Under the pieces are notes generated by a model, which was given only the letters and a program-made list of their open reading frames with translations, ran no database searches and had not been told where the DNA came from. The translations under genes and the position numbers were made by a program. This document shows positions 44,755 through 56,672 of a DNA stretch of 64,000 nt, piece after piece (positions within the stretch are counted from its first letter, which is position 1; each line of letters begins with the position of its first letter). Where the stretch lies: the NCBI GenBank assembly GCA_965243025.1, contig CBDETY010000003.1, positions 4,096,001 to 4,160,000 on the forward strand. Reading direction: 5' to 3'. The stretch is from Candidatus Latescibacterota bacterium. Its GTDB lineage: Bacteria; Latescibacterota; UBA2968; UBA8231.

Positions 44755-45564
44755 ATGCCTGAGCTGCCCGAAGTAGAGACCGTGCGCCGGGCCATGGAGG
44801 TCCACCTCGTCGGCCGCCGCATCGAGAGCGTCTGGTGCAGCGGAAAGCGGATGCGAGAGCCGCTGCCCCGCCGCCGCCTCGGGCGCCTGGTCGGCCGCCG
44901 CTTCGCCGCCGCGGAGCGCCGCGCCAAGTACCTGCTGCTCCCCCTCGACCGCGAAGCGACCCTCGTCATCCACCTCGGAATGACCGGCAACCTCCTCTTC
45001 CGCGGCGACCGGCAGCCCCACGACCACGTCGCCTTCGGGCTCGACCGCGGGCCGCCGCTGGTCTTCGCCGATCCCCGCCGTTTCGGCATGCTGCTCGCCC
45101 TCGGCCCGCGCGAGCTGGAACGCTGCCGCTACCTCGACGAGCTCGGCATCGAGCCGCTGGGGGGCGAGCTCGACGGGGAGTTCCTGTACGGGCACTGCCG
45201 GGGCCGGGCGCGCCCGGTCAAGTCGCTGCTTCTCGACAGCCGGGTAGTCGCCGGGATCGGCAACATCTACGCGAGCGAGGCTCTCTTCAGGGCGGGGATC
45301 CGGCCGTCGACCCGCTGCCACCGCCTCAGCCGCCGGCGCTGCGCCCTGCTGGCGGAGAAGATCGTCGAAGTGCTGAGCGAGGCGGTGGCCCAGGGGGGAA
45401 CGACGATCAGCGACTATCTCGGGTCGGGAGCGGGGGGCCGCTTCCAGCAGCGGCTCGCCGTGTACGGCCGCGCCGGTGACGACTGTCTCGTCTGCGAAGG
45501 CCCGGTCCGCAGCGTCACCCTGGCGGGGCGCAGCAGCTTCTACTGCCCTTCCTGCCAGAAATGA
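44755..45564 (+). CDS. mutM: Formamidopyrimidine-DNA glycosylase
   Basis: MPELPEVET, HLGMTG, GIGNIYASE, C-terminal zinc finger. Confidence 0.95.
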   Translation: MPELPEVETVRRAMEVHLVGRRIESVWCSGKRMREPLPRRRLGRLVGRRFAAAERRAKYLLLPLDREATLVIHLGMTGNLLFRGDRQPHDHVAFGLDRGPPLVFADPRRFGMLLALGPRELERCRYLDELGIEPLGGELDGEFLYGHCRGRARPVKSLLLDSRVVAGIGNIYASEALFRAGIRPSTRCHRLSRRRCALLAEKIVEVLSEAVAQGGTTISDYLGSGAGGRFQQRLAVYGRAGDDCLVCEGPVRSVTLAGRSSFYCPSCQK

Positions 45565-45594
45565 AAAACCGCCGGTCCTGCGAGGAACCGGCGG
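45564..45594 (-). terminator. Probable intrinsic terminator for clpP
   Basis: CCGCCGGT/ACCGGCGG stem with an A-tract on the plus side, between convergent genes. Confidence 0.6.
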
Positions 45595-45618
45595 CGGATT
45601 TCCGAATTCCGGAGAAGA

Positions 45619-46221
45619 TTACCTGCCGTTCGGAGCCGGAAGCGAGGTCGAGGAGACGATCTCGTCGACGAGGCCGTAGGCGACAGCCTCTTCGGCGGAC
45701 ATGAAGTAGTCGCGGTCGGTGTCGGCGGCGATCTTGTCGACGTCCTGCCCGGTGCGGTCCGCCAGCAGGCGGTTGAGCTCCGACCGCATGCGGATGATCT
45801 CCTTGGCGTGGATGTCGAGATCGGTGGCGCGCGCGGTAATCGTGCCCATGACGCTCGGCTGGTGGATCATGATGCGCGCGTGGGGCCAGGTGAAGCGCCG
45901 GCCCTTCTGGCCGCTGGCGAGCAGCACCGCCCCCATGCTCGCCGCCAGGCCGGTGCAGACGGTCGAAACCGGTGCGGTGATCGCCTGCATTGCGTCGTAG
46001 ATCGCCATGCCGTCGTGGACGGACCCGCCGGGGCTGTTGATGTAGAGGACGATCTCCTTTTCGGGATCCTCCGAGTCGAGGGACAGCAGGCGCGTCACCA
46101 CCCCCCTGGCGGAATCGTCGTCGACGCTCGACCACAGGAAGATGCGCCGCGCCTTGAGCAGGGAATGCTCAATGCTCCTCTCCTCGAGGTTCCTGATCAG
46201 CTCCGACTCCTGCTCGGCCAT
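45619..46221 (-). CDS. clpP: ATP-dependent Clp protease proteolytic subunit
   Basis: [29 protein letters not shown]. Start MAEQES. Confidence 0.93.
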   Translation of the reverse strand: MAEQESELIRNLEERSIEHSLLKARRIFLWSSVDDDSARGVVTRLLSLDSEDPEKEIVLYINSPGGSVHDGMAIYDAMQAITAPVSTVCTGLAASMGAVLLASGQKGRRFTWPHARIMIHQPSVMGTITARATDLDIHAKEIIRMRSELNRLLADRTGQDVDKIAADTDRDYFMSAEEAVAYGLVDEIVSSTSLPAPNGR

Positions 46222-46298
46222 CCCCTTCTCCTTGCCTTGTTCCGGAATGCTGGTTGCCGCCGTGGATTCGTCGAATCTAGCCGGGGGCCGTACCATCG

Positions 46299-49200
46299 TC
46301 AATTCGGTCCGGCCCTGTCCGGCCCGGAGTCGCCCCCCTTCCCCGCTTCGGGGGTGCCCGCCGAAAAGGCCACGGCCCGGAGCAGCCGCCGCAGGTCGTC
46401 GAAGAAGGTGTAGCACAGCGGCACGATCAGCAGGGTCAGCACCATCGACGCCAGCAGTCCCCCCATCATCGTCCTGCCGAGGGGCGCGTACGGCATGCCG
46501 ATTATCTCGGCGTTGCCTACCGCCATCGGAATCAGTCCGAACACGGTAGTGAAGGTCGTCATCAGGATCGGCCGGTAGCGGTGCCTTCCCGCCTCGACGA
46601 GGGCCTCGAAGCGATCCCTGCCCTCCGCCCGCAGGCGGTTGGCGAGATCGATCAGGACGATGGCGTTGTTGACCACCACGCCCACGAGAATCACGACGCC
46701 GATGCCGCACAGCACGTCGAACGCCGTGTCCGTGAGATAGAGGGTCCAGTAGACCCCGAGGAATGAGAACGGAATGGCGACGATCACCGACAGCGGCAGG
46801 ATGAACGACTCGAACAGCACCCCCATCAGCAGGAACACGAAGGTGACCGACAGCAACAGGGCGAACTGCCGCGAGGCGTCGGTCTCCTCGATGCGCTCGT
46901 AGCGGGCCCCCTTGTCCCAGCGGTAACCGCGCGGCATCTCGAACCCCTGCATGGCCTCGTCGATCTGCCCGAACAGCTCCCCGGATTCCTTCTTTGTCGC
47001 CGTCGCGGTCACGGTCAGCACGGTCTGCCTGTTCTCGCGCCGGATGCTTCCCAGCACCCTGTTGACCGACAGGGAGGCGAGCGACTCCAGCGGGATTTCC
47101 GCCCCCTCGTCCGAGTAGAAGGTGGTGTTGCGCAGCTGGTGCATCCCCTGACGGTCGACCTCCTCCAGCTGGAAGTGGACGTCGACTTCGCGGCCGTCCT
47201 CGGTGCGGAACCTCGTCAGGTCGTGGCCCCTCAGTGAGTAGGAGATGACCCCGGGGATCTGGCGCGGCTCGATTCCGTAGCGCTGCACCTGGCCCCGGTC
47301 GAGCCGCACTTCCAGCTCGGTGCTGCCGCGGTCGATGTCCGTCTGCACCGACAGCAGGCCGGGGATGCGCCGCAGCCGGCGCTCGACCTCTCCTGAAAGA
47401 CCGAGCAGGACCTCGGTGTCCTCGCCGTAGAGGTTGATGGCGACCGCCGCCTCGCCGCTGCCGCCGCGGCGCCAGTTGATCCGCATCCGCACCCCGGCCG
47501 GCAGGACGACCCGCTTCTTGATGTCCTCCACCATCTCCTCGTACTCGAGGTAAGGCGACTCCCGCCACCCGAGGGACTTCAGAAGGTTGTCCCAGGCGAC
47601 CTCGTACCAGGCGTTGTTCTCCTTCTCGTGAAGGATCATGTGGATGCGGCCCCGCGAGTTGCGCGACCAGGTCTCCAGGGCGCGGAAGTTGTACTTCGCC
47701 TTGTGGTTCATCAGGGTGTCCTCGACACTGGCGATGAACTTGTCCGCCTGTTTCAGGGTCTGCCCCTCCGGCATGTCGAACCCCAGCCACAGGTCGCTCC
47801 TGTGCTCGCTCGAGCGGTCGGTCCGCTTCATCCCCTCCATCGGGATCTGGATGGTCGCCAGCGCCGCCAGCACGAGGATGGTGCTCTCGATCCGGTGGCC
47901 GAGCACCCATCGCAGGCAGCGCACGTAGGCGTCGCGGCTGCGGGCGATCAGCCGCGAATCGCGGCGTTTCCCCCCGGTGGAGATGCGCAGCGCCGCCAGG
48001 GGAATGATGGCCAGGGCGATGAACAGGGAGGCCAGCAGCCCGACGATAACCGGCATTCCCAGCCGCAGCATGAAGAACGAGAACTCGATGCTGTCGCTCA
48101 TCAGGATCAGGGGCAGGAAGACCACCACGGTCGTCAGCGTCGCCATGGTCACCGCCAGGCCGACCTCTCCGGCCCCGGTGATGGATGCCTCCCGCGGCTC
48201 GACCCCCTCTTCCCGTTTGCGCTGGATGTTCTCGACGATGACGATGGCGTTGTCGACGACGAGGCCGAGGCTGAGCATCAGCCCCATCATCGTGATCAGG
48301 TTCAGGGTCCACCCGAGGAAGTAGATGGCGGTAATCGAGATCATCAGGGCCAGGGGAATCGCCAGGGTGATGATCAGGGTCATGCGCACGGCGCGCAGGA
48401 AAAGGAACAGCACCCCGGCCGCGAACAGCCCCCCCCAGAGCCCGGTGTTGCGCAGGTTCTCGACCGACTCGGTTATCTGCCGGCCCATGTCCCAGAAGAT
48501 CTCGTAGTCGAAGCCGCCCAGCCGGGGTCTGGCCTTGAGCTCCTCGAGCCTGGCGCGCACCGCCTCGGCGACCTCGACGGTGTTGGCCTCGGCTGCCTGC
48601 AGGACCTCGCAGCCGAGGGACTCGACGCCGTTGATGCGGTTGAACCAGGTCTTGGGACGCGGCACCAGGCCGACCGCGGCGATGTCCTGCAGCCGCAGTC
48701 CGTGCTCGGGATCGACGACGTGTTTGCGTATCTCCTCGACGCTCTCGAAGCGGGCAAGGGAGCGGACCAGCAGCTTTCTGCCCCCCTCGTGCACGTACCC
48801 GGCGGGCAGGGTGAAGTTGTGGGAGGCCAGCTGGGTGCCGACCCGGTAGAGGTCGACCCGGTGGCTCCTCACCTTCTCCTGGTCGGTGTAGATGAACACC
48901 TCCTTGCCCGGCCCCCCCCAGAGATCGACCTGCCCGACGCCGTCGATGCGCTGCAGCTCCGTGCGCAGATGTTTCTCCAGGAGCTCCTGCGGATCCCCGT
49001 AGTCCCCGTCGAGATAGATCCCCATCCACAGGATCGGCCAGTCGTCCGGATCCCAGTTCCGCAACCGGATATGGTCGACCTCGTCCGGCAGCTCGAGCAG
49101 CAGGCGGTCGGCGCGGTCGCGCAGCTGATTGTAGGCCTCCCGCATGTCGGTCCCCTGGCGGAAGCCGACGCTCGTCCAGCACCCGTTGCGCTCGCTCGAG

Positions 49201-49463
49201 GTGCGGATCCTCTGTATCCGCGGCACCGTCGCCAGGGCCTCCTCGACCTTGCGGGCGATCTTCTGCTCCACCTCGATCGGCCCGGCGTTCGGATAGTCGA
49301 TCCACATCCCCAGCCAGCGCTCCTCCAGACCCTGGGGGGCAAGGCTCAGGGGGGTGCGCACGTAGGCGATCGAGCCGACCACCAGCAGCGCCAGGAGGAT
49401 CATCGCCACCGTCACCGGCCGGGTGACGCTGAGCCGCGGGATCAGGTGCCGCGTCTCTTTCAT
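46299..49463 (-). CDS. RND efflux permease (AcrB/AcrD/AcrF family)
   Basis: [31 protein letters not shown]. Confidence 0.93.
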   Translation of the reverse strand: MKETRHLIPRLSVTRPVTVAMILLALLVVGSIAYVRTPLSLAPQGLEERWLGMWIDYPNAGPIEVEQKIARKVEEALATVPRIQRIRTSSERNGCWTSVGFRQGTDMREAYNQLRDRADRLLLELPDEVDHIRLRNWDPDDWPILWMGIYLDGDYGDPQELLEKHLRTELQRIDGVGQVDLWGGPGKEVFIYTDQEKVRSHRVDLYRVGTQLASHNFTLPAGYVHEGGRKLLVRSLARFESVEEIRKHVVDPEHGLRLQDIAAVGLVPRPKTWFNRINGVESLGCEVLQAAEANTVEVAEAVRARLEELKARPRLGGFDYEIFWDMGRQITESVENLRNTGLWGGLFAAGVLFLFLRAVRMTLIITLAIPLALMISITAIYFLGWTLNLITMMGLMLSLGLVVDNAIVIVENIQRKREEGVEPREASITGAGEVGLAVTMATLTTVVVFLPLILMSDSIEFSFFMLRLGMPVIVGLLASLFIALAIIPLAALRISTGGKRRDSRLIARSRDAYVRCLRWVLGHRIESTILVLAALATIQIPMEGMKRTDRSSEHRSDLWLGFDMPEGQTLKQADKFIASVEDTLMNHKAKYNFRALETWSRNSRGRIHMILHEKENNAWYEVAWDNLLKSLGWRESPYLEYEEMVEDIKKRVVLPAGVRMRINWRRGGSGEAAVAINLYGEDTEVLLGLSGEVERRLRRIPGLLSVQTDIDRGSTELEVRLDRGQVQRYGIEPRQIPGVISYSLRGHDLTRFRTEDGREVDVHFQLEEVDRQGMHQLRNTTFYSDEGAEIPLESLASLSVNRVLGSIRRENRQTVLTVTATATKKESGELFGQIDEAMQGFEMPRGYRWDKGARYERIEETDASRQFALLLSVTFVFLLMGVLFESFILPLSVIVAIPFSFLGVYWTLYLTDTAFDVLCGIGVVILVGVVVNNAIVLIDLANRLRAEGRDRFEALVEAGRHRYRPILMTTFTTVFGLIPMAVGNAEIIGMPYAPLGRTMMGGLLASMVLTLLIVPLCYTFFDDLRRLLRAVAFSAGTPEAGKGGDSGPDRAGPN

Positions 49464-52400
49464 CTGCCCCTGTCGACGGCCGCGTAGACCGTCGGAATGA
49501 CCACGAGGGTGAGGAACGTCGAGCTCATCAGCCCGGCGATCACGGTGATCGCCATCGGGGTGCGGATCTCGGCGCCGTCGCCGAACCCCAGCGCCATCGG
49601 CGCCAGGCCGAGAACGGTGGTCAGGGTCGTCATCAGAATCGGGCGCAGGCGCACCGACCCGGCGCGCACGATGGCCTCGCCCTTCTCCATGCCGCCGCGC
49701 CGCAGGGTGTTGATGTAGTCGACCAGCACGATGGCGTTGTTGACGACGATTCCGGCCAGCATGATCATGCCGATGAAGACGACGACGCTCAGGGGGATCT
49801 GCTGCCAGACCAGGACTGCGACCACCCCGATCAGGGCCAGCGGCACCGTGAACATGATCACCAGCGGGTGCAGCAGCGATTCGAACTGGCTCGCCATGAC
49901 GACGTACACGAGGAAGAGGGCGAGGGCGAGGGCGAACAGCAGGCTGTCGAGGGAGGTCTCCATCTCCTGGTTCTGACCGCTGATCAGGAAGCCGAACCCG
50001 TCCGGAAAGGGATGGCTGCGCAGCGCCTGCTCGATGCTCCGGGAGGCCGAGCCCAGGTCGATCCCCTTCGTGTTGGCGGTGACCAGGGCGGCCCGCTGCT
50101 GATCGATGCGGCGGATTTCGCTCGGCCCCTCGGCGATCTCGATCGAGGCCACCGAGGCCAGCGCGATCGGCACCTCCCCTCCGGGATTGACCACCAGCCG
50201 CCTCAGCTCCTCGACGCTGAGACGGTCAGCTTCCCGCAGGCGCACCAGCACGTCGATGTTGCGCTCCCGCTCGCGGAAATCGGTCGCCACCCGGCCTCTC
50301 ACCTTGTTGCGCACCAGCTCGGCGACCTGGCGCAGGTCGAGTCCGTATTCGGCGAGGCGCTCGCGGTCGTACCTGATCTGCAGCTCCGGGTGCCCGGACT
50401 GCAGGGTCGACCTGACGTCGGCGAGGCCGGCCAGGCCGGCCATCAGGGTCTCCGTCTCCCGGCTCACCTGCCGCAGCTGCTGCAGGTCGTCGCCGTGAAC
50501 CTCGACCTCGACCGGGGTCTTGAAGCTGAACAGCGTCGGGAACGCGACCTCGATCTCCACCTCGGGGAGATCGGCCAGCTCGCGGCGCAGGCTGGCGATC
50601 AGCTCCTCCTCCTCAACCGGGGTCGCGCCCGGCACCATCTTCACGGTCAGCCTGGCGGTGTGCTCCCCCTCGTCCGCCCTCGACGACGCCGACCTGTCGG
50701 TGCCCACCGCGGTCGCCACCCGCTCGACCCCAGGCTGCTTGAGGGCGGCATCCTCGATCTCACGCACCACCTCCGCGGTCCGCCACAGGGGGGTGCCGAC
50801 CGGCAGCGCCACCTCGAGGTTGAACTCCCCCTGGTGGACCTGCGGAATCAGCTCGGTCCCCAGCCGCGGGACGAGCCCCGACCAGCAGAGCCAGAAGCAG
50901 GCCGCCGCCGCCGCGATCACGAGGTAGCGTTGGCGCAGCGCCGACTCCAGAAGCACCGGGTAAACCCGCAGCGCCAGGCCGATCGCCCGCCGGCACAGGA
51001 ACAGGATCGGCGCGAAGACCGGGGCGAGCAGAACGCCGGCGGCGGTCGCCGCGGCGAGAACGGCCAGCACGGCGAGCAGCAGCGCCACCTGCAGGAGGAT
51101 GCCGGCGGTGCGCAGCAGCGTGTGGAAGAGGAAGCGGACCAGCAGGAACAGGAAGGCCGCCGCCCCGGGGAGGGCGCGGGCAAAGCGCCGGAGAACGCGG
51201 CGGCCGGCGCTGCCCTCCGCCGTCCACATCCATCCCGACAGGCGGGCGGCGTCGGCGGCCAGGGCTCCCGGAGAATCGTACCCCAGCAGGTTCGGCCAGA
51301 TGCGCTCGAACGGCTGCCAGGGGCCGATGCGGCTCTCCCGGGCCCAGTCAGCGAACGATGCCTGCAGGGTGCGCTGCGGCCGGATCCGGAAAATCTCCGC
51401 CGGCTTCAGCAGGATCCAGAGCGCCTCGAAGAGCAGAACGGCCGCTCCCTTCAGGACCGCGGCAGCCAGGGCCCCGACAGCCAGCGGAATCCGCAGCGCC
51501 AGGTCGAGCAGCAGCTGCGGCAGGACCAGGGCCGCCTGCACCGCCCTCTCGCGCGGCGGGCCGCTCGCCGCCGCCGCGCGCGCCCGGGCGAACGCCGCCA
51601 GCCTCAGGAAGTCGCCGCCGGCGAGCGGGGAACCGTCTGCGCCCCCCTGCTGCAGGCGGCGCGACGCCAGCATCGGTATGAAGTAGAGGGCGGCCAGCAG
51701 CGAGGCGAGCAGGGAAAAGACCACGGTGAGCGCCATGTCGCCGAACACCTGCCCGGCGACCCCCTCGACGAAGACGATTGGGAAGAAGACGGCGATCGTC
51801 GTCAGGGTGGATGCGAAGACCGCGGCCCCGACCTCACCGGTGCCGCGGATCGTTGCCCGCACCAGGTCGTCCCCCTCCTCGCGGCAGCGGAAGATGCTCT
51901 CGAGGACGACGATCGAGTTGTCGACGAGCATCCCGATGCCGAGGGCCAGGCCCCCGAGGGACATGATGTTCATCGACACGTCGAACAGGTACATCGGCGC
52001 GAAGGTCGCCGCGATAGAGACCGGAATGGTGACGCCGACGATCAGCGTGTGCAGGACGTTCCTCAGAAACGCCAGCAGCACGAAGATCGCCAGGGCGCCG
52101 CCGATGAGGGCGCTCTTCCGCACCTCGTCGATGGCGTCGACGATGAACACCGACTGGTCCGACAGCACCTCGATCTCCATCTCCTCCGGCAGCAGGTGGC
52201 TGATGAAGTCCGTCATGCGCAGGTGCTCGAGGGTCTTCACCGCTTCGGCGCGCTTCTGCTCCCCGAGGTCCTCCTCCTTGTCCTGACCTCCCTCCCCGGT
52301 CCCTTTCGCTTCTTCCTCCTCCGCGGCGGCTGCTCCGCTTTCGACAGCGCTGGTGTCCGCCGCCGCCTCCCGGGCTCTCTCCTCCTCCTCCCGCAGGCGG

Positions 52401-53362
52401 GCGACGTACTGCTGCTGCTCCGGCAGCCCGTGGATGCGGTTGACCACCCTTTGCGCGACCGCGACGATGTTGGCGTCGGCCTCCTTGTAGATCTCGATCT
52501 CGACGCTCTCGCTGCCGTCGACCCGGGTGAGGACCTCGCGGTCCTTGGACGACCGGTGCACGGCGGCGACGTCGCCGAGGCGGATCTCGGCTCCCTCCCT
52601 TTCCGCCACGATCAGGCGGCGGATCTCGTCGACCGTCTGGAACTCGTTGATCGTGCGCACGAGGTACCAGGTCAGCCCCTCGCGCATCTGCCCGCCCGGC
52701 AGGTTGACGTTGGCCTGGTCGAGGGCCCGGTTGATCGCCGAGACGTCCAGCCCCATCAGGCTGATCCGCTGCTCGTTGAGGTCGACGTGGATCTGCTCTT
52801 CGAGGCCGCCCTTCACCTTGACGGCGGCGACCCCCGGGATCGCCTCCAGCTCGCGCTTGATCTCGCGGTCGGCGAGGCGGCGCAGCTCGAACATCGTCTG
52901 CGGCCCGTGCAGCCCCAGGCGGATGATCGGGTCGAGGGAGGGGTCGTACCTCAGCAGCAGCGGCTTTTCCGCATCTTCGGGCAGCCGCAGGCGGTCCGAT
53001 TTTTCGCGGATGCTCTGCGAGGCGGCGTCCATGTCGGTGTCCCACTCGAACTCGAGGACGACGTCGGACTGCCCCGCCTTGCTGATCGAGCTGATGCGGA
53101 CGAGCTGGCGGACGATGCCGAGCTCCTGCTCCAGCGGGCGCGACACCAGCGATTCCACCTCCTCGGGGGCGGTGCCGGGGTACTCGGTGCGCACCGTGAT
53201 CGCCGGGTAGGCTATGTCCGGCATCAGGTCGAGGGACAGGCGCTGGTAGGAGACCCAGCCGAACACGCAGACCGCGGTGACGATCATCAGGATCGCGACG
53301 GGCCGCTGCGTCGTGACCGCGAAGCGGGTGCTGAAGCTGCGAGTGGGCCCGGGGCCGGCCAT
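49460..53362 (-). CDS. RND efflux permease with large insertions
   Basis: [23 protein letters not shown], 1300 aa. Confidence 0.93.
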   Translation of the reverse strand: MAGPGPTRSFSTRFAVTTQRPVAILMIVTAVCVFGWVSYQRLSLDLMPDIAYPAITVRTEYPGTAPEEVESLVSRPLEQELGIVRQLVRISSISKAGQSDVVLEFEWDTDMDAASQSIREKSDRLRLPEDAEKPLLLRYDPSLDPIIRLGLHGPQTMFELRRLADREIKRELEAIPGVAAVKVKGGLEEQIHVDLNEQRISLMGLDVSAINRALDQANVNLPGGQMREGLTWYLVRTINEFQTVDEIRRLIVAEREGAEIRLGDVAAVHRSSKDREVLTRVDGSESVEIEIYKEADANIVAVAQRVVNRIHGLPEQQQYVARLREEEERAREAAADTSAVESGAAAAEEEEAKGTGEGGQDKEEDLGEQKRAEAVKTLEHLRMTDFISHLLPEEMEIEVLSDQSVFIVDAIDEVRKSALIGGALAIFVLLAFLRNVLHTLIVGVTIPVSIAATFAPMYLFDVSMNIMSLGGLALGIGMLVDNSIVVLESIFRCREEGDDLVRATIRGTGEVGAAVFASTLTTIAVFFPIVFVEGVAGQVFGDMALTVVFSLLASLLAALYFIPMLASRRLQQGGADGSPLAGGDFLRLAAFARARAAAASGPPRERAVQAALVLPQLLLDLALRIPLAVGALAAAVLKGAAVLLFEALWILLKPAEIFRIRPQRTLQASFADWARESRIGPWQPFERIWPNLLGYDSPGALAADAARLSGWMWTAEGSAGRRVLRRFARALPGAAAFLFLLVRFLFHTLLRTAGILLQVALLLAVLAVLAAATAAGVLLAPVFAPILFLCRRAIGLALRVYPVLLESALRQRYLVIAAAAACFWLCWSGLVPRLGTELIPQVHQGEFNLEVALPVGTPLWRTAEVVREIEDAALKQPGVERVATAVGTDRSASSRADEGEHTARLTVKMVPGATPVEEEELIASLRRELADLPEVEIEVAFPTLFSFKTPVEVEVHGDDLQQLRQVSRETETLMAGLAGLADVRSTLQSGHPELQIRYDRERLAEYGLDLRQVAELVRNKVRGRVATDFRERERNIDVLVRLREADRLSVEELRRLVVNPGGEVPIALASVASIEIAEGPSEIRRIDQQRAALVTANTKGIDLGSASRSIEQALRSHPFPDGFGFLISGQNQEMETSLDSLLFALALALFLVYVVMASQFESLLHPLVIMFTVPLALIGVVAVLVWQQIPLSVVVFIGMIMLAGIVVNNAIVLVDYINTLRRGGMEKGEAIVRAGSVRLRPILMTTLTTVLGLAPMALGFGDGAEIRTPMAITVIAGLMSSTFLTLVVIPTVYAAVDRGR

Positions 53363-53367
53363 GGTCC

Positions 53368-54603
53368 TTATCCCTGGCCGCTGGCGGCTCGAGGTTCGGG
53401 ATCCGCCCGGTGTTCGCTGACCACCTTTACGCGGGCCTTGTCCTTCAGGCCGGCCTGACCGATGACGATGACGGGGGCGCCTGCGGCGATGCCGGACAGG
53501 GCCTCGATGAAGCGGCTGTCCTCGTACCCGGCGTCGAGGCTGACCCGGGACGCGGTGCTGTCCTCGACGACGAAGACGTAGCGCTCGCCGCCGTCGTAGA
53601 CGACCGCCTGCTTGGGCAGCAGGACGGCGTCGGTGTGGGTGTCGGTGACGACGCGGACGTTGACGAAGACCCCCGGCCGCAGGTGCTCCCAGCGGTCCCG
53701 CAGCCCGACGGTGACCTTGAAGGTGCCGCTCTTGGGGTCGACGACCGGGCTGATGCGCTTGACGTACCCCTCGAACTCCATGTCCTGGAGAAAGTCGGAG
53801 ACCACCACCGCCCTCTGTCCGACCTCCACCCGGGTCAGGTACCGCCCCGGTACGTACACCCGGGCGATCATGTCGTCGATCTTTACGAGGTCGAACAGCT
53901 TGTCCCCGGGGGCGACGCGGGCCCCCACCTGCACCTGCCGGGTCGTGATGACGCCGGCGAACGGGGCCCGGATCACCGTATTTTCGAGGGCGAGGCGGGC
54001 CTTCTCGACTTTCAGCCGGGCTTCATCGAGGTGAAAGAGCCTGTCCTCGTGGTCCTGGGGGGCGATCAGGCCGCGGCGGAACATCTCCTCGGTGCGTTTG
54101 TACCCCATCTCGAGGTGGCGCAGCTCCATGGCGCTTTCGCGGTCGTCGAGGCGGGCCTGGTCGGCGTCGAGCTTCACCAGGGTGTCGCCGGCGGCGACAT
54201 GGTCCCCTTCCTCGACGGCGACGACCTCCACCAGGCCGCTGACCTCCGGGTGAATCTCCACCGCCGCCTCGGTCTCCACGGTCGAGCTGAACAGCAGGAA
54301 GGAGGAGATGTCGCCGATGGTCGACAGGGCGGTCTCCACCGGCACCGCGTCGATCCGGGCGGTATCTGCCCGGCTGGTGTCCGCCGCCGCGGTCGAGTCG
54401 GCGGCCGTCGAGTCGGCTGCGGTCGAGTCGGTCCTGGCGCTGCCGTCCGCTTCGGAATCCCCGCCGAGGAACTGGCAGCCCCCTGCCCAGAAGGCCGCGG
54501 CGAGGATTCCCGGAAACGCCCGCGCCAGCAGCGGCGCCAGCCTCCGCGGAAATTGTCTATGTTGCTGGAAATAATACATTACTGGAAAGTATAAGAAGGT
54601 CAT
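53368..54603 (-). CDS. RND periplasmic adaptor (MFP); start uncertain
   Basis: IRAPFAGVI, ISPVVDPKSGTFKV, lipobox-like AGGC. Confidence 0.9.
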   Translation of the reverse strand: MTFLYFPVMYYFQQHRQFPRRLAPLLARAFPGILAAAFWAGGCQFLGGDSEADGSARTDSTAADSTAADSTAAADTSRADTARIDAVPVETALSTIGDISSFLLFSSTVETEAAVEIHPEVSGLVEVVAVEEGDHVAAGDTLVKLDADQARLDDRESAMELRHLEMGYKRTEEMFRRGLIAPQDHEDRLFHLDEARLKVEKARLALENTVIRAPFAGVITTRQVQVGARVAPGDKLFDLVKIDDMIARVYVPGRYLTRVEVGQRAVVVSDFLQDMEFEGYVKRISPVVDPKSGTFKVTVGLRDRWEHLRPGVFVNVRVVTDTHTDAVLLPKQAVVYDGGERYVFVVEDSTASRVSLDAGYEDSRFIEALSGIAAGAPVIVIGQAGLKDKARVKVVSEHRADPEPRAASGQG

Positions 54604-54767
54604 TGAATGGCCTGTGGTGCACCCTGTCAAGCCGCATCCTCCGCCCCTGGCAGGCCTGTTCCGGCTCTCCACCGGGATGCAGGCGAACTGGAAACCCCGG
54701 CAGGGTGCGCGGACTGCGCGCAAGGTGGTTCTCACCCGGGCGAAATTGCCGGCAGGAGGTTCAGCCG

Positions 54768-55202
54768 ATGAGCTACAAGGAGATCAACTCCGCGGAGGCC
54801 CTGGAGCTGATGCGGGAGCAGGGATACCGGTACGTCGACGTGCGCTCCGAGCCGGAGTTCCTCAGCGGGCACCCCTCGGGAGCCCTCAACATCCCGATCA
54901 TGCACCGCGAGGCGTTCGGCATGGTGCCCAACCCCGACTTCCTCGGGGTGGTCGAGGCGAATTTCGAACGCGGCGACAAGCTGCTTCTGGGCTGCCAGTC
55001 GGGAGCGCGTTCGGCGCGCGCCGCCGAGATCCTTTCGGCTTCCGGGTTCACCGACGTGTCCAACGTCCGCGGCGGCTTCGGCGGAGCCCACGCCGACAGC
55101 GGCGAGGTGATCGAGAAGGGCTGGCTCGAAAGCGGCCTCCCAGTCGACCGGGGGGAGCAGGAGGGCCGCAACTACTCCGACCTCCAGGGTGGGCGGGGAT
55201 GA
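54768..55202 (+). CDS. Rhodanese-like domain protein
   Basis: VDVRSEPEF..GHP.GALNIP, GCQSGARS, NVRGGF, GGAGG RBS. Confidence 0.9.
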   Translation: MSYKEINSAEALELMREQGYRYVDVRSEPEFLSGHPSGALNIPIMHREAFGMVPNPDFLGVVEANFERGDKLLLGCQSGARSARAAEILSASGFTDVSNVRGGFGGAHADSGEVIEKGWLESGLPVDRGEQEGRNYSDLQGGRG

Positions 55203-55295
55203 CGCCGGAGCGCGCGAATTCCTCCCGCGCCCTCGTTCTCAGGCTCACCCCCGCGCGCAGGCGCTGAGCCTCCCGAGCGCAGGGGAGCGTCCAGA

Positions 55296-55964
55296 ATGCT
55301 GAATCCCTGTTTCCAGGCCGGCATCGACGTCATGGGGAGCCGCTGCCTGGTGATCGGCGGCGGGGCCGAGGCGGCCGACAAGGCGGAGAGGCTGCTCGCC
55401 GCCGGGGCGCGGCTCGCCGTCGTCAGCCCGCGTCTCAACGAAGACCTCCGGGAATGGAAGGCCGCGGGGCGATTCGAGCACCGCGAGCGCCGCTTCGATG
55501 CCGCGGATCTCGACGGGGTGTTTCTCGTCATCAACACGGTCCCCGACGACCCGGAGCTGGCCCGCCAGGTCTACGAGCTCGCCTGCCGCCAGGGGTCCCT
55601 GATCAACACCTGGGACCGGCCGGCGCAGTCCAACATCGCCATGGCCGCCCTCGTCTCCTCGGGGCACCTGAGAGTGAGCATCAGCACCAGCAACGCCAGC
55701 CCGTCCCTTGCCCGCCGCCTGCGCGAGGACCTCGAGCGGATCTTCGACGACAGCGAGTTCGTCGACTATCTCGACGGCCTTGGCCGCCTGCGGGCCCGGC
55801 TCAGGGAGACGCTCCCCGACAGCCGCCGCCGGTCGGAGATCCTCCGGTCCCTGGCCGCCGACTTCAGGCTCGACGCGAATCTCGGAATCCCCCCCGACTG
55901 GCGGCAGCGGATCGCCGCCCTGATGGAAAGCTCCCCCGGGGACGGAGCAGGCGAAAAGCAATAA
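55296..55964 (+). CDS. Precorrin-2 dehydrogenase/sirohydrochlorin ferrochelatase (CysG N-terminal/SirC-like)
   Basis: CLVIGGG..A..K...LL.AGA, ISTSNASPSLARRLRE. Confidence 0.85.
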   Translation: MLNPCFQAGIDVMGSRCLVIGGGAEAADKAERLLAAGARLAVVSPRLNEDLREWKAAGRFEHRERRFDAADLDGVFLVINTVPDDPELARQVYELACRQGSLINTWDRPAQSNIAMAALVSSGHLRVSISTSNASPSLARRLREDLERIFDDSEFVDYLDGLGRLRARLRETLPDSRRRSEILRSLAADFRLDANLGIPPDWRQRIAALMESSPGDGAGEKQ

Positions 55965-55995
55965 AAAACCCCCGTACGGCAATTCCGTACCGGGG
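55963..55995 (-). terminator. Probable intrinsic terminator for the HU/IHF gene
   Basis: A-tract plus GTACGG/CCGTAC and CCCC/GGGG stem between convergent genes. Confidence 0.6.
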
Positions 55996-56021
55996 CCCGA
56001 ACCCTTTCCCGACGGCGCTGC

Positions 56022-56408
56022 TCAGATCTCGTCGTCGTCTTCGTCGTCGTCGAATTCCTCGATCGGGATAGCGAGGTTTCCCTCCCGCGTCTGGTGCAGC
56101 GCCTCCTTGAGGAGCCTGCCCGGCTTGAAGTGCGTCTTGCGGCGGGCGGGCACGTAGATGATCTCCCCGGTCCGGGGGTTGCGGGCCGCGGGCTTCGGGC
56201 GGGTATCCTTGACCTGGAAAACGCCGAAACCCCTAATTTCGATGCGGTTCCCCTGGATCAGGCTGTCCCTCATGGCGACGAAGAGACTGTCGACCATTTT
56301 GGCCGCCAGATTCTTCTTGCAGCCGGTGCTCTGGCTGACGAGAAGGGCGAGATCCTTCTTCGTAATCGTCGACAACAGCCGACCCCCTGATGGAGGTTGG
56401 TTTTCCAT
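56022..56408 (-). CDS. HU/IHF family DNA-binding protein
   Basis: TKKDL, RIEIRGFGVF, ARNPRTGE, FKPG. Confidence 0.93.
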   Translation of the reverse strand: MENQPPSGGRLLSTITKKDLALLVSQSTGCKKNLAAKMVDSLFVAMRDSLIQGNRIEIRGFGVFQVKDTRPKPAARNPRTGEIIYVPARRKTHFKPGRLLKEALHQTREGNLAIPIEEFDDDEDDDEI

Positions 56409-56672
56409 GCCGGATCAGCCCGAAAAAATTGACATTAGTTGTTGGATTTAAAGACTTTCCGTCAAAGTACTCCCCTGATTTTTGACTGTCAAGAAAAATC
56501 TGCACGAACCATTTATTTTTCTGGCAGTTACAAGAAATTCGCCCCCTTTTCGGACACCCCGTAAAAACCTCCCGCCGGGGGTCAGAAAAACCGCCTTTCC
56601 GACCCTTTTCGCACCGCGGTTCTCCATTCCTCAGCCACCCTGTTTCCCAAGCTGTACCGGCCAGCCCAGGCG

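Noticed and set aside
45619-49305. 1228-aa ORF ending in ClpP
   Set aside because: Off-frame overlay on the RND gene. ClpP has its own RBS and start at 46221.
31103-53458. Many long antisense ORFs (e.g. 31103-33766, 37924-39597, 49868-53458)
   Set aside because: Typical shadows of high-GC codon bias opposite well-supported genes, with no motifs.
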